From Eledone cirrhosa (taxonomy: Eukaryota): a stretch of 64,000 bases of DNA. The DNA lies in contig OZ024749.1 of assembly GCA_964016885.1 (NCBI GenBank), forward strand, positions 9,796,001 through 9,860,000, given 5' to 3'. Both the position numbers and the translations under genes were made by a program. The notes beneath the pieces were generated by a model, which saw only the letters and a list, made by a program, of their open reading frames with translations, was not told where the DNA came from and ran no database searches. Below are positions 1 through 11,304 of this stretch, one piece after another; positions within the stretch are counted from its first letter, which is position 1; every line of letters starts with the position of its first letter.

Positions 1-140
1 TGGTTAAGGAGTTCACTTCACAACCATGGCGTTCAGTCCCACTGCATGGCACCTTGGGCAAGTGTCTTCTACTACAGCCTCGGGTTGACCGATGCCTTGT
101 GAATGGAATTTGGATGACAGAAACTGCAGAAGCATGTCGT
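1..140 (+). mobile_element. tRNA-derived SINE, cut by the window edge
   Basis: A-box remnant TGGTTAAGG and B-box-like GTTCAGTCCC, then GGCACCTTGGGCAAGTGTCTTCTACT, ending in (TA)n. Resembles the abundant octopod SINE as I recall it. Confidence 0.65.
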
Positions 141-168
141 ATATATACATGCAGGTATACCTCGTGTG

Positions 169-199
<31 letters not shown>

Positions 200-205
200 A
201 TATAT

Positions 206-381
206 AGTTTTAATATTGATGAGATTCTACAGGACTAGAACTGTTTCATTATTTAGAAAGGTTTCTAAAGAATGAAACAGTTCTAGTCCTGTAGAATCTC
301 ATCTATATTAAAACTTTTATACTCTGCAATGTATTGAGTACCTTACTTACTGTGGTTACCTCCGATTCAACCCGGAATAAC
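206..381 (+). mobile_element. Asymmetric fold-back element A (54-bp arms plus unique tail), Penelope-like terminus
   Basis: 206-259 and 262-315 are reverse complements with 2 mismatches. The tail contains ATTGAGTAC. Flanked by (TA)n. Confidence 0.6.
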
Positions 382-431
<50 letters not shown>

Positions 432-435
<4 letters not shown>

Positions 436-624
436 CGAAGGAATTGTGGTAAGGAACCAGATGGACCATAACGCACCAGAGTACTCAATACTTTGGGTAG
501 TAGAGTGGGAAATAAGAAAAAGTCTGACCCCGACAGCAGAGCTCAAGCCGATTCGACGGCTATTTCTAGACTGTCTAGAAATAGCCATCGAGACGGCTTG
601 AGCTCTGCCGTCGGGGTCATACTT

Positions 625-630
<6 letters not shown>
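432..630 (-). mobile_element. Asymmetric fold-back element B (56-bp arms plus unique tail)
   Basis: Arms are 516-571 and 573-628. Homologous to 15283-15490. The tail carries GTACTCAATAC. Flanked by (TA)n. Confidence 0.65.
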
Positions 631-655
<25 letters not shown>

Positions 656-664
<9 letters not shown>

Positions 665-920
665 TGTAAGCTATCGCCGTTTTTGACTAAAGAAATTAAA
701 TAAATTATTTAGCCTGATAGAGGGGTTAAGAACCCTCGGAGAAATGGAAAAAGATGAGTATTGACGTACAATACTCATCTTTTTCCATTTCTCCGAGGGT
801 TCTTAACCCCTCTATCAGGCTAAATAATTTATTTAATTTCTTTAGTCAAAATACGGCGATAGCTTACATTTCTAATAATTTCAAACCCGCCCGCTGTTTC
901 GAAAATATTCTTACTTGAAT
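656..920 (+). repeat. Near-perfect palindrome (~108-bp arms, 5-nt loop) plus short tail
   Basis: 656-763 and 769-877 are reverse complements apart from one 1-nt indel. Loop is ACGTA. Confidence 0.85.
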
Positions 921-1148
921 ATATATATTTATATATGTATGTAAATCTGCTTCATAGAATCGAGATGTATCCGAGGACCGCGCGATTTCAGAGTCAGGTT
1001 CGATCATCACATCGATTGTGCCTCGAGCTGGTCGCCCGAGAAACAATTGTAATATGTCCAATTAATTCCTTTTGTCACAACACTGATTCTCTTTTTCTGT
1101 TATATTTATATATATATATTTATATATATGTATATATATATATAATGA

Positions 1149-1480
1149 GACACATGGCTTAGTGGTTAGAGCATTGGCCTTGCAATCGAAAGGTTGTGAG
1201 TTCAATTCTCAGACCGGGTGATGTGTTGTTTCCTTGAGCAAGACACTTTATTTCACATTGCTCCAGTTTACTCAGCTGTAGAAATGAGATGATAGGGACT
1301 GGGGTCCCTATCATTCCACTGTAAAGTGGACGTGTAGGCGCCATGGCAAAAAAGCACCCAGCACTCACTGTAAATGAGGTTGGTGTTAGGAAGGGCATCC
1401 AGCTGTAGAAATCAAGCCAAAATCAGTTCCCGTCCCACCCTTGCAAGCAGGGAAAAGTGGACGTAAAAATGAAATGATGA
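1149..1480 (+). mobile_element. tRNA-head SINE with RTE-derived 3' tail
   Basis: A box TGGCTTAGTGG and B box GAGTTCAATTC, CORE-like CCTTGAGCAAGACACTT. The tail CCCTTGCAAGCAGGGAAAAGTGGACGTAAAA-(TGA)n is shared with RTE 3' ends in this window. Confidence 0.8.
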
Positions 1481-1842
1481 TAATATTATAGAGTAAAATG
1501 ACTTCAACCTGTCCAGCCTCCTGTCATTTTACTCTATAATAATTAACTCCATTCCCGCACCAATAGGATTCAACATCAAAGATGGATGAGTTGAGTAACG
1601 TTGAGTGCTTTCCTATTACATCCTGTTACATAGCGGAATGACCAATTCTGCCCTGTGGTATATATTCCACGTTAGCATGGGTTAGACAGGAATTGTCCCA
1701 CTTGAGGCAAGATTGATCGGGTGACCGTGTCTCACTCGTATAGGACTATCTGGCAGGTATTCTATGGCTGGAAGCCCTTCCTAACACCAACCACATTTAC
1801 AGTGTGGACTGGGAACCTTTTTACCATGTTTCCTACACAACC

Positions 1843-1875
<33 letters not shown>

Positions 1876-1877
<2 letters not shown>

Positions 1878-2222
1878 TCATCATCATTTCATCATTTCAT
1901 TTTTACGTCCACTTTTCCCTGCTTGCAAGGGTGGGACGGGAACTGATTCTGGCTTGATTTCTACAGCTGGATGCCCTTCCTAACACCAACCTCATTTACA
2001 GTGAGTGCTGGGTGCTTTTTTTCCGTGGCACCTCCACGACCACTTTGCAGTGGAATGATAGGGACCCCAGTCCCTATCATCTCATTTCTACAGCTGAGTA
2101 AACTGGAGCAATGTGAAATAAAGTGCCTTGCTCAAGGAAACAACACATCACCCGGTCTGAGAATTGAACTCACAACCTTTCGATTGCAAGGCCAATGCTC
2201 TAACCACTAAGCCATGTGCCTC
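1876..2222 (-). mobile_element. Second copy of the same SINE, inverted relative to 1149-1480
   Basis: Near-identical reverse complement; the ORF-track peptides of both copies are almost the same. Confidence 0.8.
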
Positions 2223-2999
2223 CATATATATATCTATATACACAGGTACATCTCGTGTATATATACAGGTATACCTCAGCTTACGTTGTTTCGAGTTACG
2301 TCATTTTCAAAATTATGGTGATGTTTCATGTTATGTCTATTGATTCAACGTTACGTCATCTGCCAAAAATATTAAACCTTAAAAAACACTAAATACAACA
2401 ATAAAAACATAAACTAACTCACATTTAAATAAACCTTAAAATATACAGCATAAAGTAATGTTTATTATAATGTATAAAATCATGAGTTATAAGAGGGGAG
2501 GGGGTTAATTTGACATTTGTTGTTTTTCAACTTTAGTCTTATGAGGAAGAATCCATCACATACATGAGTGAGTGTCTAAAATATCTACACCTACGCCAGG
2601 TCTGAACACACAAGAACCAAACTCCCACTGCCTCCGTCTCTCCTGTAACTTCTGGATCTTATTAACAACGTAGAGTGAGGTGTGTTTAATTTTATAGAGT
2701 AGAAAAGTTAACTAATTATATTGAAAAATTAGTTGTCTTTAATTTAAAGGGCCAGCCTTGTCACACAGTGTCGCACTGAATTTCCCTGAGAACTATGCTA
2801 AAGGTACACGTGCTGTGGAATACTCAGCCACTTGCATGTTAATTTCACGATTGGAACAATCCTCAGAACCATCATACAACTACTATAACTACATGTTCAT
2901 ACCAGCACAACCTTCTCTCCTAATCCAGCTCAACATACAAACCTTTGATATTTTTTTTCTATTTTCTATCATCTCTGAATAAATAACCTATGATTTTAT

Positions 3000-3350
3000 C
3001 ATAATCATCAGTCCCTTGACCTCTGTAGTCGTTGGTGGGGTCCAAATACAGAAGCAGCCCACATTCAAAATAGTCTATCAACGGTGGCTGTCAACAAATC
3101 TGGTGTAGTTATTTGCGTCCATTCTTTGACATTGTCCAACCAGTTTTTGCATTGGCGTCCACCTTCAACAGTGCCTTGCATGATGGTCTCACACAGGCTG
3201 TCATGTTGTGTGACATGGCCAAATCATACCAGTTTCCTCCTTGACAAGGAGAGGTTCCAGGTGACCCACAAAACTTTCAACTTTTCTCCACACGTATTCA
3301 CTGGTTTTACATTCCCAATAGGAAATAGGAAGGAATTGTCTTATGCATTT
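3000..3350 (-). mobile_element. Degenerate RTE-clade LINE 3' fragment
   Basis: The minus strand reads RKLV(W)FGHVTQHDSLCETIMQGTVEGGR..RKNWLDNVKEWT, an RTE C-terminal signature. Confidence 0.6.
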
Positions 3351-3547
3351 GTCATGCATGATTTTGTACATGTGTAGAATATTGTATAATTACTTAGTGA
3401 TTCTCTCATCACTACAGCAAATACAGATGGAGTCTATACTTCATGTCCAGAGTTGCTGAAATTATTAAGATGATATTTGTCATTGATTTAATGTCTTTTT
3501 TCCCCACATAAATATTTCTAATTTGATACTAAATGCTCAGATTATTA

Positions 3548-3730
3548 GGCAGTATCGGTAGAAGGTCGGACGCCATTCTTTGCAGCATAGAGTTACGCCC
3601 CTTTATAGTCTGAGTTCAAATCCCGCCAAGGTTCACTTTGCCTTTCATCCTTACAGGTTCGATAAAATAAAGTACCAGTAATGTACTGGGATAATTGCTG
3701 GCCTTGTGCCAAAAGTAGAAACAATTATTA
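3548..3730 (+). mobile_element. Short tRNA-derived SINE (~190-bp family)
   Basis: B box GAGTTCAAATCC, central GCCTTTCATCCTT..GGTCGATAAAATAAAGTACCAG, (ATT)n tail. Many copies in the window. Confidence 0.75.
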
Positions 3731-3817
3731 AATATCTTAACAATATCTTAAGATTTATCCTTGCTTTGGTGTTCTTTTTTTTTTATTTATTTGTTCTATT
3801 TTACCAGCCATGCAGTG

Positions 3818-3884
3818 ATGCCAGCCTCTAAATCAACTGATCCTTGTAAGAAATTCGCTTGCCAAATCCAAACCTGTCTAAAAG
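3818..3884 (+). CDS. CMC4: Cx9C motif-containing protein 4 (p8 MTCP1-like), coding exon 1
   Basis: Acceptor ttaccag|3808; ATG at 3818; MPASKSTDPCKKFACQIQTCLK+G|gtaaaa. The DPC-x4-C-x4-C pattern matches CMC4. Confidence 0.9.
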
Positions 3885-4020
3885 GTAAAATAGTTTTCAT
3901 ATGAATGACTCAGTATATATATTCTGTTGCATAAATAAACTGAGTACCTTTTCTCCTGTTTCTATACCTGGGTACATATCATCATCATCATAATCATATC
4001 GTCGTCGTTGTTTCTATGGT

Positions 4021-4790
4021 GACTTCCCCTCTGGGTAATGGCCCTGCTCTGTATGCAGGGGAGGAGTAGGCAGAAACTCAATCCGGTGTCCCAAATGCAC
4101 ACTGGCTACACAAGAGATATAGTGGGAAAACAGACAAGCTTGCAAAAAACTGACTTCATATGTGGCCGCTTCATAATAGTAGTAAGCAAAGACTCTCAAA
4201 GAGCAAGCTCCTTTAATTGCACAGAGGACCCCATAAAAATAGTTGACAGCTTCTGCTACCTGAGTAACCAAATCAGCAGCGGAGGTGCATGCGCAGAAAG
4301 TACGGTTGCCAGAGTAAGAACAGGATGGGAAAAGTTCAGGGAGCTACTTCTGTTGCTTACTACAAAAGGTCTCTCACTCAAGATAAAAGACAAGCTGTAT
4401 GATGCCTGTGTGCAGCAATACTGCATGGAAGTGAAACATGGACACTGTGCACCGAGGATCTACAGAGATTGGAAATAAATGACACTTGCATGCTCCGATG
4501 GATGTGTAACAGTAGTGTGGAGGAATGGCAAAGTGTAAATGAATTAAGAGCGAAACTAGGCAGAAGAGGGATCAAATGCTGTGTGCAGTGGTATGGACAT
4601 GTGATGCACATGAAGGGTGACAGCTGTATAAAAAGGTGCATGGTTCTAAAGGTTGTAGAATGCCCCAAAAGAGGAAGACATGGGATGAAACAATAAAAGC
4701 TGACCTGGCACAGCTGAACCTCCCAACAGATGACACAAGACGAAGACATCTGGTTCTACAACGTATGACAAAAGGCCCGTGTCGACAACA
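4021..4790 (+). mobile_element. Degenerate RTE LINE 3' fragment (CMC4 intron)
   Basis: IVDSFCYL..ARVRTGWEKFREL..KLYDACV..MLRWMC..WYGHVM, with frameshifts. Confidence 0.8.
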
Positions 4791-5423
4791 CAGCTCCAGA
4801 CCCTGCCCATAACAGTGCCACCCAGCTCCACACTGTAAATGTGGTTGATGGTAAGACCACCCAGTAACATGGCTCCTTTATGAGTAAGGTTTGGCACAGT
4901 AACTGGCCAAACCTCCCTCATAGTCAGACCACTCAGATCCCAAATTATGGTTCTGATGTAAACAAGGTATGGTACGGCCATCTGGTCAGACTTTCCAGTA
5001 ACACAGCTCCACTAGGACTTGGCATGGCCAACTAGCCAGACCTCCTTCATAGTGGCACCACCCAGCCCTCAAACTATAGTTCTGCTGTGTGCTGGTTACA
5101 GTGCAGTCAACTGGCCTGCCATTCCTCATAACAGTGACATCCAGTGCCACACTGTAAATGTGATTGGTGTTAGGAAGGGCATCCAACTATAAAAATCCCG
5201 GCCAAATTTACAGTTCGGCGCAGCCAACTGGTCAGATTTGTCTCATGATGTGGATGACCCATCTAATCCATGCAAGAATGGAAAATGGACTTTAAACGGT
5301 GATGATGATATATATATATAACATATGTTTAGAAAACGACAAGCGGAATATGAAAATTGAATTAGATTTCACTGTAACTTTGCTGATGCCCATCTTTCTC
5401 TATTTAGAGGGTTTATATGTATA

Positions 5424-5477
<54 letters not shown>

Positions 5478-5542
5478 AAGTACCAGTAATGTACTGGGTA
5501 ATTGCTGGCCTTGTGTCAAAAGTAGAAACAATTATATATATA

Positions 5543-6860
5543 TCATCATCATTTTACGTCCACTTTTCCCTGCTTGCAAGGGTGGGACAAGTCCTCTTCA
5601 GCATTCAGCATCTCTCCATTCGTCTCAGTCCTTCTTCATCTCCTCTGTGAGCTTCAGTGATCTGAGGTTAGCTCACACCACCTCCACCCATGTTTTTTGT
5701 GCTCTTCCTCTACTGCGTCTTCCTTCCACCGGGATATCTTGGCACTTCTTTACCCAGCGGTCATCCTCCATGCGCATCACATGTCCACACCATCTCAGTT
5801 TTCTCTCACGCACACTACAACTTATCCCTCTTATACACAGTTTCTCTTACAACTCATCCAAGCTTGGTCATTCACGCACATTGACATTACACATCCATCA
5901 GAGCATGTTTGCTTCATTTCTCCCCACCCTTCACATATCCTCCGCAGTTGCTGCCCATGTCTCACTACCATGCAGCATCACACATTGGCATCATATAACC
6001 ATCCTTTCATTCGTAGGGAGAAACCCTTCATTGTCAACAGAGGAAGTAGCTCCTTAAACTTCTTCAATGCTGTTCTTATTCTAGATACTATGGCCTCAGA
6101 ACACTGCTAATCTGATCGCCTAGATATCGGAAGCTATCAACCACCTCTATAGATCCTACCTGCATTTGAAAAATGTGCCTATCACTGACACTTCTAATAT
6201 CAATTTTCTCTGAAAATCAACTGCATATAAAGTTTTCCATTCCTGTTAGTTTGCCTGCTATCCCACTATACCTCTTGTGGACTTAAGATCTGCATTGTGT
6301 ACATTCTATAGAGTTTATGCCAACTCCTTTTCTAAATATCGAGCATGGCCATTTCCATGATGGAATCAGAGTCTTGTTTTCTTTGCTAGGTCCATTCTCA
6401 GTCCTCTTGATTCCAACTGCTGTTTCCATAGCCAGAATTTATTCTCTAGCTCCTCTACTGATTCTGCTATAAGAACCAGATTGTCAGCATAGAGAAGTTC
6501 CCATGAGCAGCCAGTCTTAAACTCCTTTGTTATGGCTTGGAGAACTATAATGAACAAGAGCGGACTGAGGACTGAACCCTGATGTACTCCTACTTGTATC
6601 TGGAATTCCTCACTAAACTTCATTCCTACTCTTACTTTACTGACAGCACCTCTGTACATAGCTTGCACTGTCCTCACAAGCCATTTTTCTACACCTAGTT
6701 TCCTTAGGGACCACCAGATGACAGATCAGAGTACTCTATCAAAGGCCTTCTCTAGGTCAACAAAAGCTAAATATTCTTCTCTAAGAACCTCTCTTGTAGT
6801 TGTCTCACTAAGAAGAGGGCATCTGTTGTACTTTTCACAAAACCAAACTGCATCTCATCT
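5543..6860 (-). mobile_element. Degenerate RTE LINE (RT to 3' end)
   Basis: GVHQGSVLSPLLFIIVLQAIT..ELLYADNLVL; the 3' tail ends in (GAT)n. Confidence 0.85.
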
Positions 6861-6888
6861 ATATTTATTTGTTTATTTAATTATAAAT

Positions 6889-6937
<49 letters not shown>

Positions 6938-7139
6938 GTGTGTGTGAAAAGGGAAGTAAAGTTCTATACAAAACAAGGGTTATAATGAAATTGGAAATAG
7001 TACAGAAAATATATTTAAGGATCTGTTTTTCTTTTTCTCCTTTCTTTGATTGGTCAAAGTGACATTGAAAAAATGAGAGGGTTCCACAAACGAGTGCCTG
7101 GGGTTCTGTGAAAAAGGTTAGAGGAGTATATTTATATTA

Positions 7140-7515
7140 AGACCATATAATATGGATGATGACTACTGGGTGAAGAAGTGCCAGGTAATCCCAGTGGAAG
7201 GAAGACGACAGAAAACATGGGTGGAGGTGGTGAGAGCTGACTTCAGATTGCTTGAGATGGTGTGGACATGTGATGCTGATGGAGGATGACCGCTGGGTAA
7301 AGAAGTGCCAAGATATCCTGGTTGAAAGAAGACGCAGTAGAGGAAGAGCACAAAAAACATGGACGGAGGTGATGAGAGCTGACCTCAGATTGCTGAAGCT
7401 CACAGACGAGATGATGAAGATGACAAATGGAGAGATGCTGTGCTGAAGAGGACCCTCCTACCCTTGCAAGCAGGGAAAAGTGGACGTAAAATGATGTTGA
7501 TGATGATGATGATGA
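7140..7515 (+). mobile_element. RTE 3' end fragments with internal duplication
   Basis: RWCGHVMLMEDDRWVKKC..GRAQKTW; RTE tail and (GAT)n. Confidence 0.7.
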
Positions 7516-7624
7516 TAACAGTATTAGACTTTGAGGTTCCCCTAAAAGTTTCTGAACCAAAAAGGGTTCCACGTTTGAAAAAGTTTGGGAAACTCTGCCG
7601 TATATTATTAATTATACAATACGT

Positions 7625-8703
7625 ACATTTATATATGTTGTATGTATTTATTTATATTACATTTATATATGTTGTATGTATGTATATATATTATATTTAT
7701 ATATGTATGATGTATGTATATATATTATATTTATATATGTTGTATGTATTTATTTATATTACATTTATATATGTTGTATGTATGTATATATATTATATTT
7801 ATATGTGTTGTATGTATGTATATATATTATATTTATATATGTTGTATGTATGTATATATATTATATTTATATATGTTGTATGTATGTATTTATTTATATT
7901 TATATATGTTGTGTGTATGTATATATATTATATTTATATATGTTGTATGTATGTATATATATTATATTTATATATGTTGTATGTATGTATATATATTATA
8001 TTTATATGTGTTGTATGTATGTATATATATTATATTTATATATGTTGTATGTATGTATTTATTTATATTTATATATGTTGTGTGTATGTATATATATTAT
8101 ATTTATATATGTTGTATGTATGTATTTATTTATATATGTTGTGTGTATGTATATATATTATATTTATATATGTTGTATGTATGTATATATATTATATTTA
8201 TATATGTTGTATGTATGTATATATATTATATTTATATGTGTTGTATGTATGTATATATATTATATTTATATATGTTGTATGTATTTATATTATATTTATG
8301 TATGATGTATGTATGTATATATATTATATTTATATATGTTGTATGTATGTATATATATTATATTTATATATGTTGTATGTATGTATATATATTATATTTA
8401 TATATGTTGTATGTATTTATATTATATTTATGTATGTTGTATGTATGTATTTATATTACATTTATGTATGTTGTATGTATGTATTTATATTACATTTATG
8501 TATGTTGTATGTATGTATTTATTTATATTTATATATGTTGTGTGTATGTATATATATTACATTTATGTATGTTGTATGTATGTACTTATATTACATTTAT
8601 GTATGTTGTATGTATGTATTTATATTATATTTATATATGTTGTATGTATGTATATATATTACATTTATGTATGTTGTATGTATGTATTTATATTATATTT
8701 ATA
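7625..8703. repeat. AT-rich minisatellite, ~34-bp unit
   Basis: Unit ATATATGTTGTATGTATGTATATATATTATATTT, about 31 copies. Ends ~40 nt before the CMC4 exon 2 acceptor. Confidence 0.9.
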
Positions 8704-8740
8704 TTGATGTGTCTCTATATATTTTGTCTTCTAATTCTAG

Positions 8741-8877
8741 AAAATAAATACCAAGAATCCAAATGTAAAGAAGTTATTAATGAAATGTGGAAGTGTTGTG
8801 AAAAATATGGTCCTATATCTAAATGCTGTGATGGATTTAAAAGTAGCTGGAAAGAGGTTTTAACCAATAACCAATAA
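8741..8877 (+). CDS. CMC4: CMC4 coding exon 2
   Basis: Acceptor ttctag|8741; phase 1 joins to give (E)NKYQESKCKEVINEMWKCCEKYGPISKCCDGFKSSWKEVLTNNQ*. Contains the second Cx9C. Spliced protein is 67 aa. Confidence 0.9.
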
Positions 8878-9204
8878 ATATTGATCTGGCAACAGAGACC
8901 AGATGCCCACCACCACCTCACCTACATATCAATAATGTGAATTAAAAGTATTCCAGAAATGACCATCTTTTATTCAGACATTATTATCTACGGCTCTACT
9001 GTCCAATGTGGCCTTCCTATATTAAGGCAGTAAGGTGTAGTTTGAGGGAAATTTGACTGCATTTTCTAGCATGTCTAGCGACTATGTTGAGGCTCCCTCC
9101 GAGTCTGTTAGATACACATCCATATTTACTAGGTGGTTAATATATCTGTGGAGTTGTATTTTATAAGTTTATCAGAAAATCTGGCCAAACTATCTACACA
9201 ATTT

Positions 9205-10800
9205 CACCCTAGTCACATACACCCACATTTACCCAAGTTACATATACCCATATTTACCCAAGTCAGATATACCCATATTTACCCAAGTCACATCTACCCA
9301 TATTTACCCAAGTCACATATACCCACATTTACCCAAGTCACATACACCCACATTTACCCAAGTTACATATACCCATATTTACCCAAGTCACATCTACCCA
9401 TATTTACCCAAGTCACATATACCCACATTTACCCAAGTCACATACACCCACATTTACCCAAATTACATATACCCATATTTACCCAAGTCACATACACCCA
9501 TATTTACCCAAATCAGATATACCCATATTTACCCAAGTCACATCTACACAATTTCACCCTAGTCACATATACCATATTTACCCAAGTCACATACACCCAC
9601 ATTTACCCAAGTTACATATACCCATATTTACCCAAGTCACATACACCCACATTTACCCAAGTCACATCTACCCATATTTACCCAAGTCACATACACCCAC
9701 ATTTACCCAAGTTACATATACCCATATTTACCCAAGTCACATATACCCATATTTACCCAAGTCACATATACCCATATTTACCCAAGTCACATACACCCAC
9801 ATTTACCCAAGTTACATACACCCACATTTACCCAAGTTAAAGCTACCCACATTTACCCAAGTCACATCTACCCATATTTACCCAAATCACATCTACACAT
9901 ATTTACCCAAGTCACATCTACCCATATTTACCCAAGTCACATACACCCACATTTACCCAAGTTACATATACCCATATTTACCCAAGTTACATACACCCAC
10001 ATTTACCCAAGTCACATCTACCCATATTTACCCAAGTTACATACATCCACATTTACCCAAGTCACATCTACCCATATTTACCCAAGTCACATACACCCAC
10101 ATTTACCCAAGTTACATATACCCATATTTACCCAAGTCACATACGCCCACATTTACCCAAGTCACATCTACCCATATTTACCCAAGTCACATACAGCCAC
10201 ATTTACCCAAGTTACATATACCCATATTTACCCAAGTCACATACACTCACATTTACCCAAGTCACATCTACCCATATTTACCCAAGTCACATACACCCAC
10301 ATTTACCCAAGTCACATATACCCATATTTACCCAAGTCACATCTACCCATATTTACCCAAGTCACATATACCCATATTTACCCAAGTCACATATACCCAT
10401 ATTTACCCAAGTCACATCTACCCATATTTACCCAAGTCACATCTACCCATATTTACCCAAGTCACATCTACCCACATTTACCCAAGTCACATATACCCAT
10501 ATTTACCCAAGCTACAGATACCCACATTTATCCAAGCCACATATACCTACATCTACCCAAGCCACATATACCCACATCTACCCAAGCCACATATACCCAC
10601 ATATACCCAAGTTCACCCAAACCACATATACCCACATATACCCAGGCCACATATACCCACATCCACCCAAGCCCTATATACCCACATCTACCCAACCCCT
10701 ATATACCCACATCTACCCAACCCCTATATACCCACGTCTACCCAACCCCTATATACCAACATCTACCCAAACTACACATACCCACATCTACCCAAGGTAC
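9205..10800. repeat. Minisatellite, 25-bp unit
   Basis: ATTTACCCAAGTCACATAYACCCAY recurs at 9601, 9626 and 9651; about 64 copies. Confidence 0.95.
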
Positions 10801-11084
10801 ACACCTCACTAGTCTTATTTTGTGTCTCCTCTAAAGAACGGCCCAATCACTTATATTTATATTTGGTGGTGGTGGTGCTGCTGCTGCTGGCAATTACCCT
10901 AGTGTATTACTGGTACTTTATTTTATCGACCCCCGTAAGGGTGAAAGCGGGATTGATAATAATGAGGATGATGATGATGATAAAATAATTGAAATTTAAT
11001 AAATGGAATTATTATTATTGCTGGTGTAATCTCTGGGCCTGTACTAAAATTAGAAACATTATTATTATTATTTCCTATTTATTA

Positions 11085-11280
11085 GGGCGGTGGAGTGGCA
11101 GTATCGGTAGAGGGTCGGACACCATGCTTTGAAGCATAGAGTTACGTCCCTTTATGATCTGAGTTCAAATCCCGCCAAGGTTAACTTTGCCTTTCATCCT
11201 TACGGGTCGATAAAATAAAGTACCAGTAATGTACTGGGGTAATTGCTGGCCTTGTGCCTAAAGTAGAAACAATTATTATT
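11085..11280 (+). mobile_element. Full-length short tRNA-derived SINE (~190-bp family)
   Basis: GGCGGTGGAGTGGCAGTATCGGTAGA (A box) ... GAGTTCAAATCC (B box) ... (ATT)n. Confidence 0.8.
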
Positions 11281-11304
11281 TCCATTATTATTTTTATTGC
11301 ACAT

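Noticed and set aside
1149-1220. Possible tRNA gene
   Set aside because: The A/B boxes run into a SINE body and tail, there is no complete cloverleaf, and there are many dispersed copies.
2264-2540. Possible Tigger/pogo-like MITE (TA-CAGGTATACCTC..TTACG)
   Set aside because: No matching right TIR was found.
7440-8740. Long Y/I/C/M-rich ORFs
   Set aside because: AT-rich minisatellite read-through; only 8741-8877 is a real (CMC4) exon.
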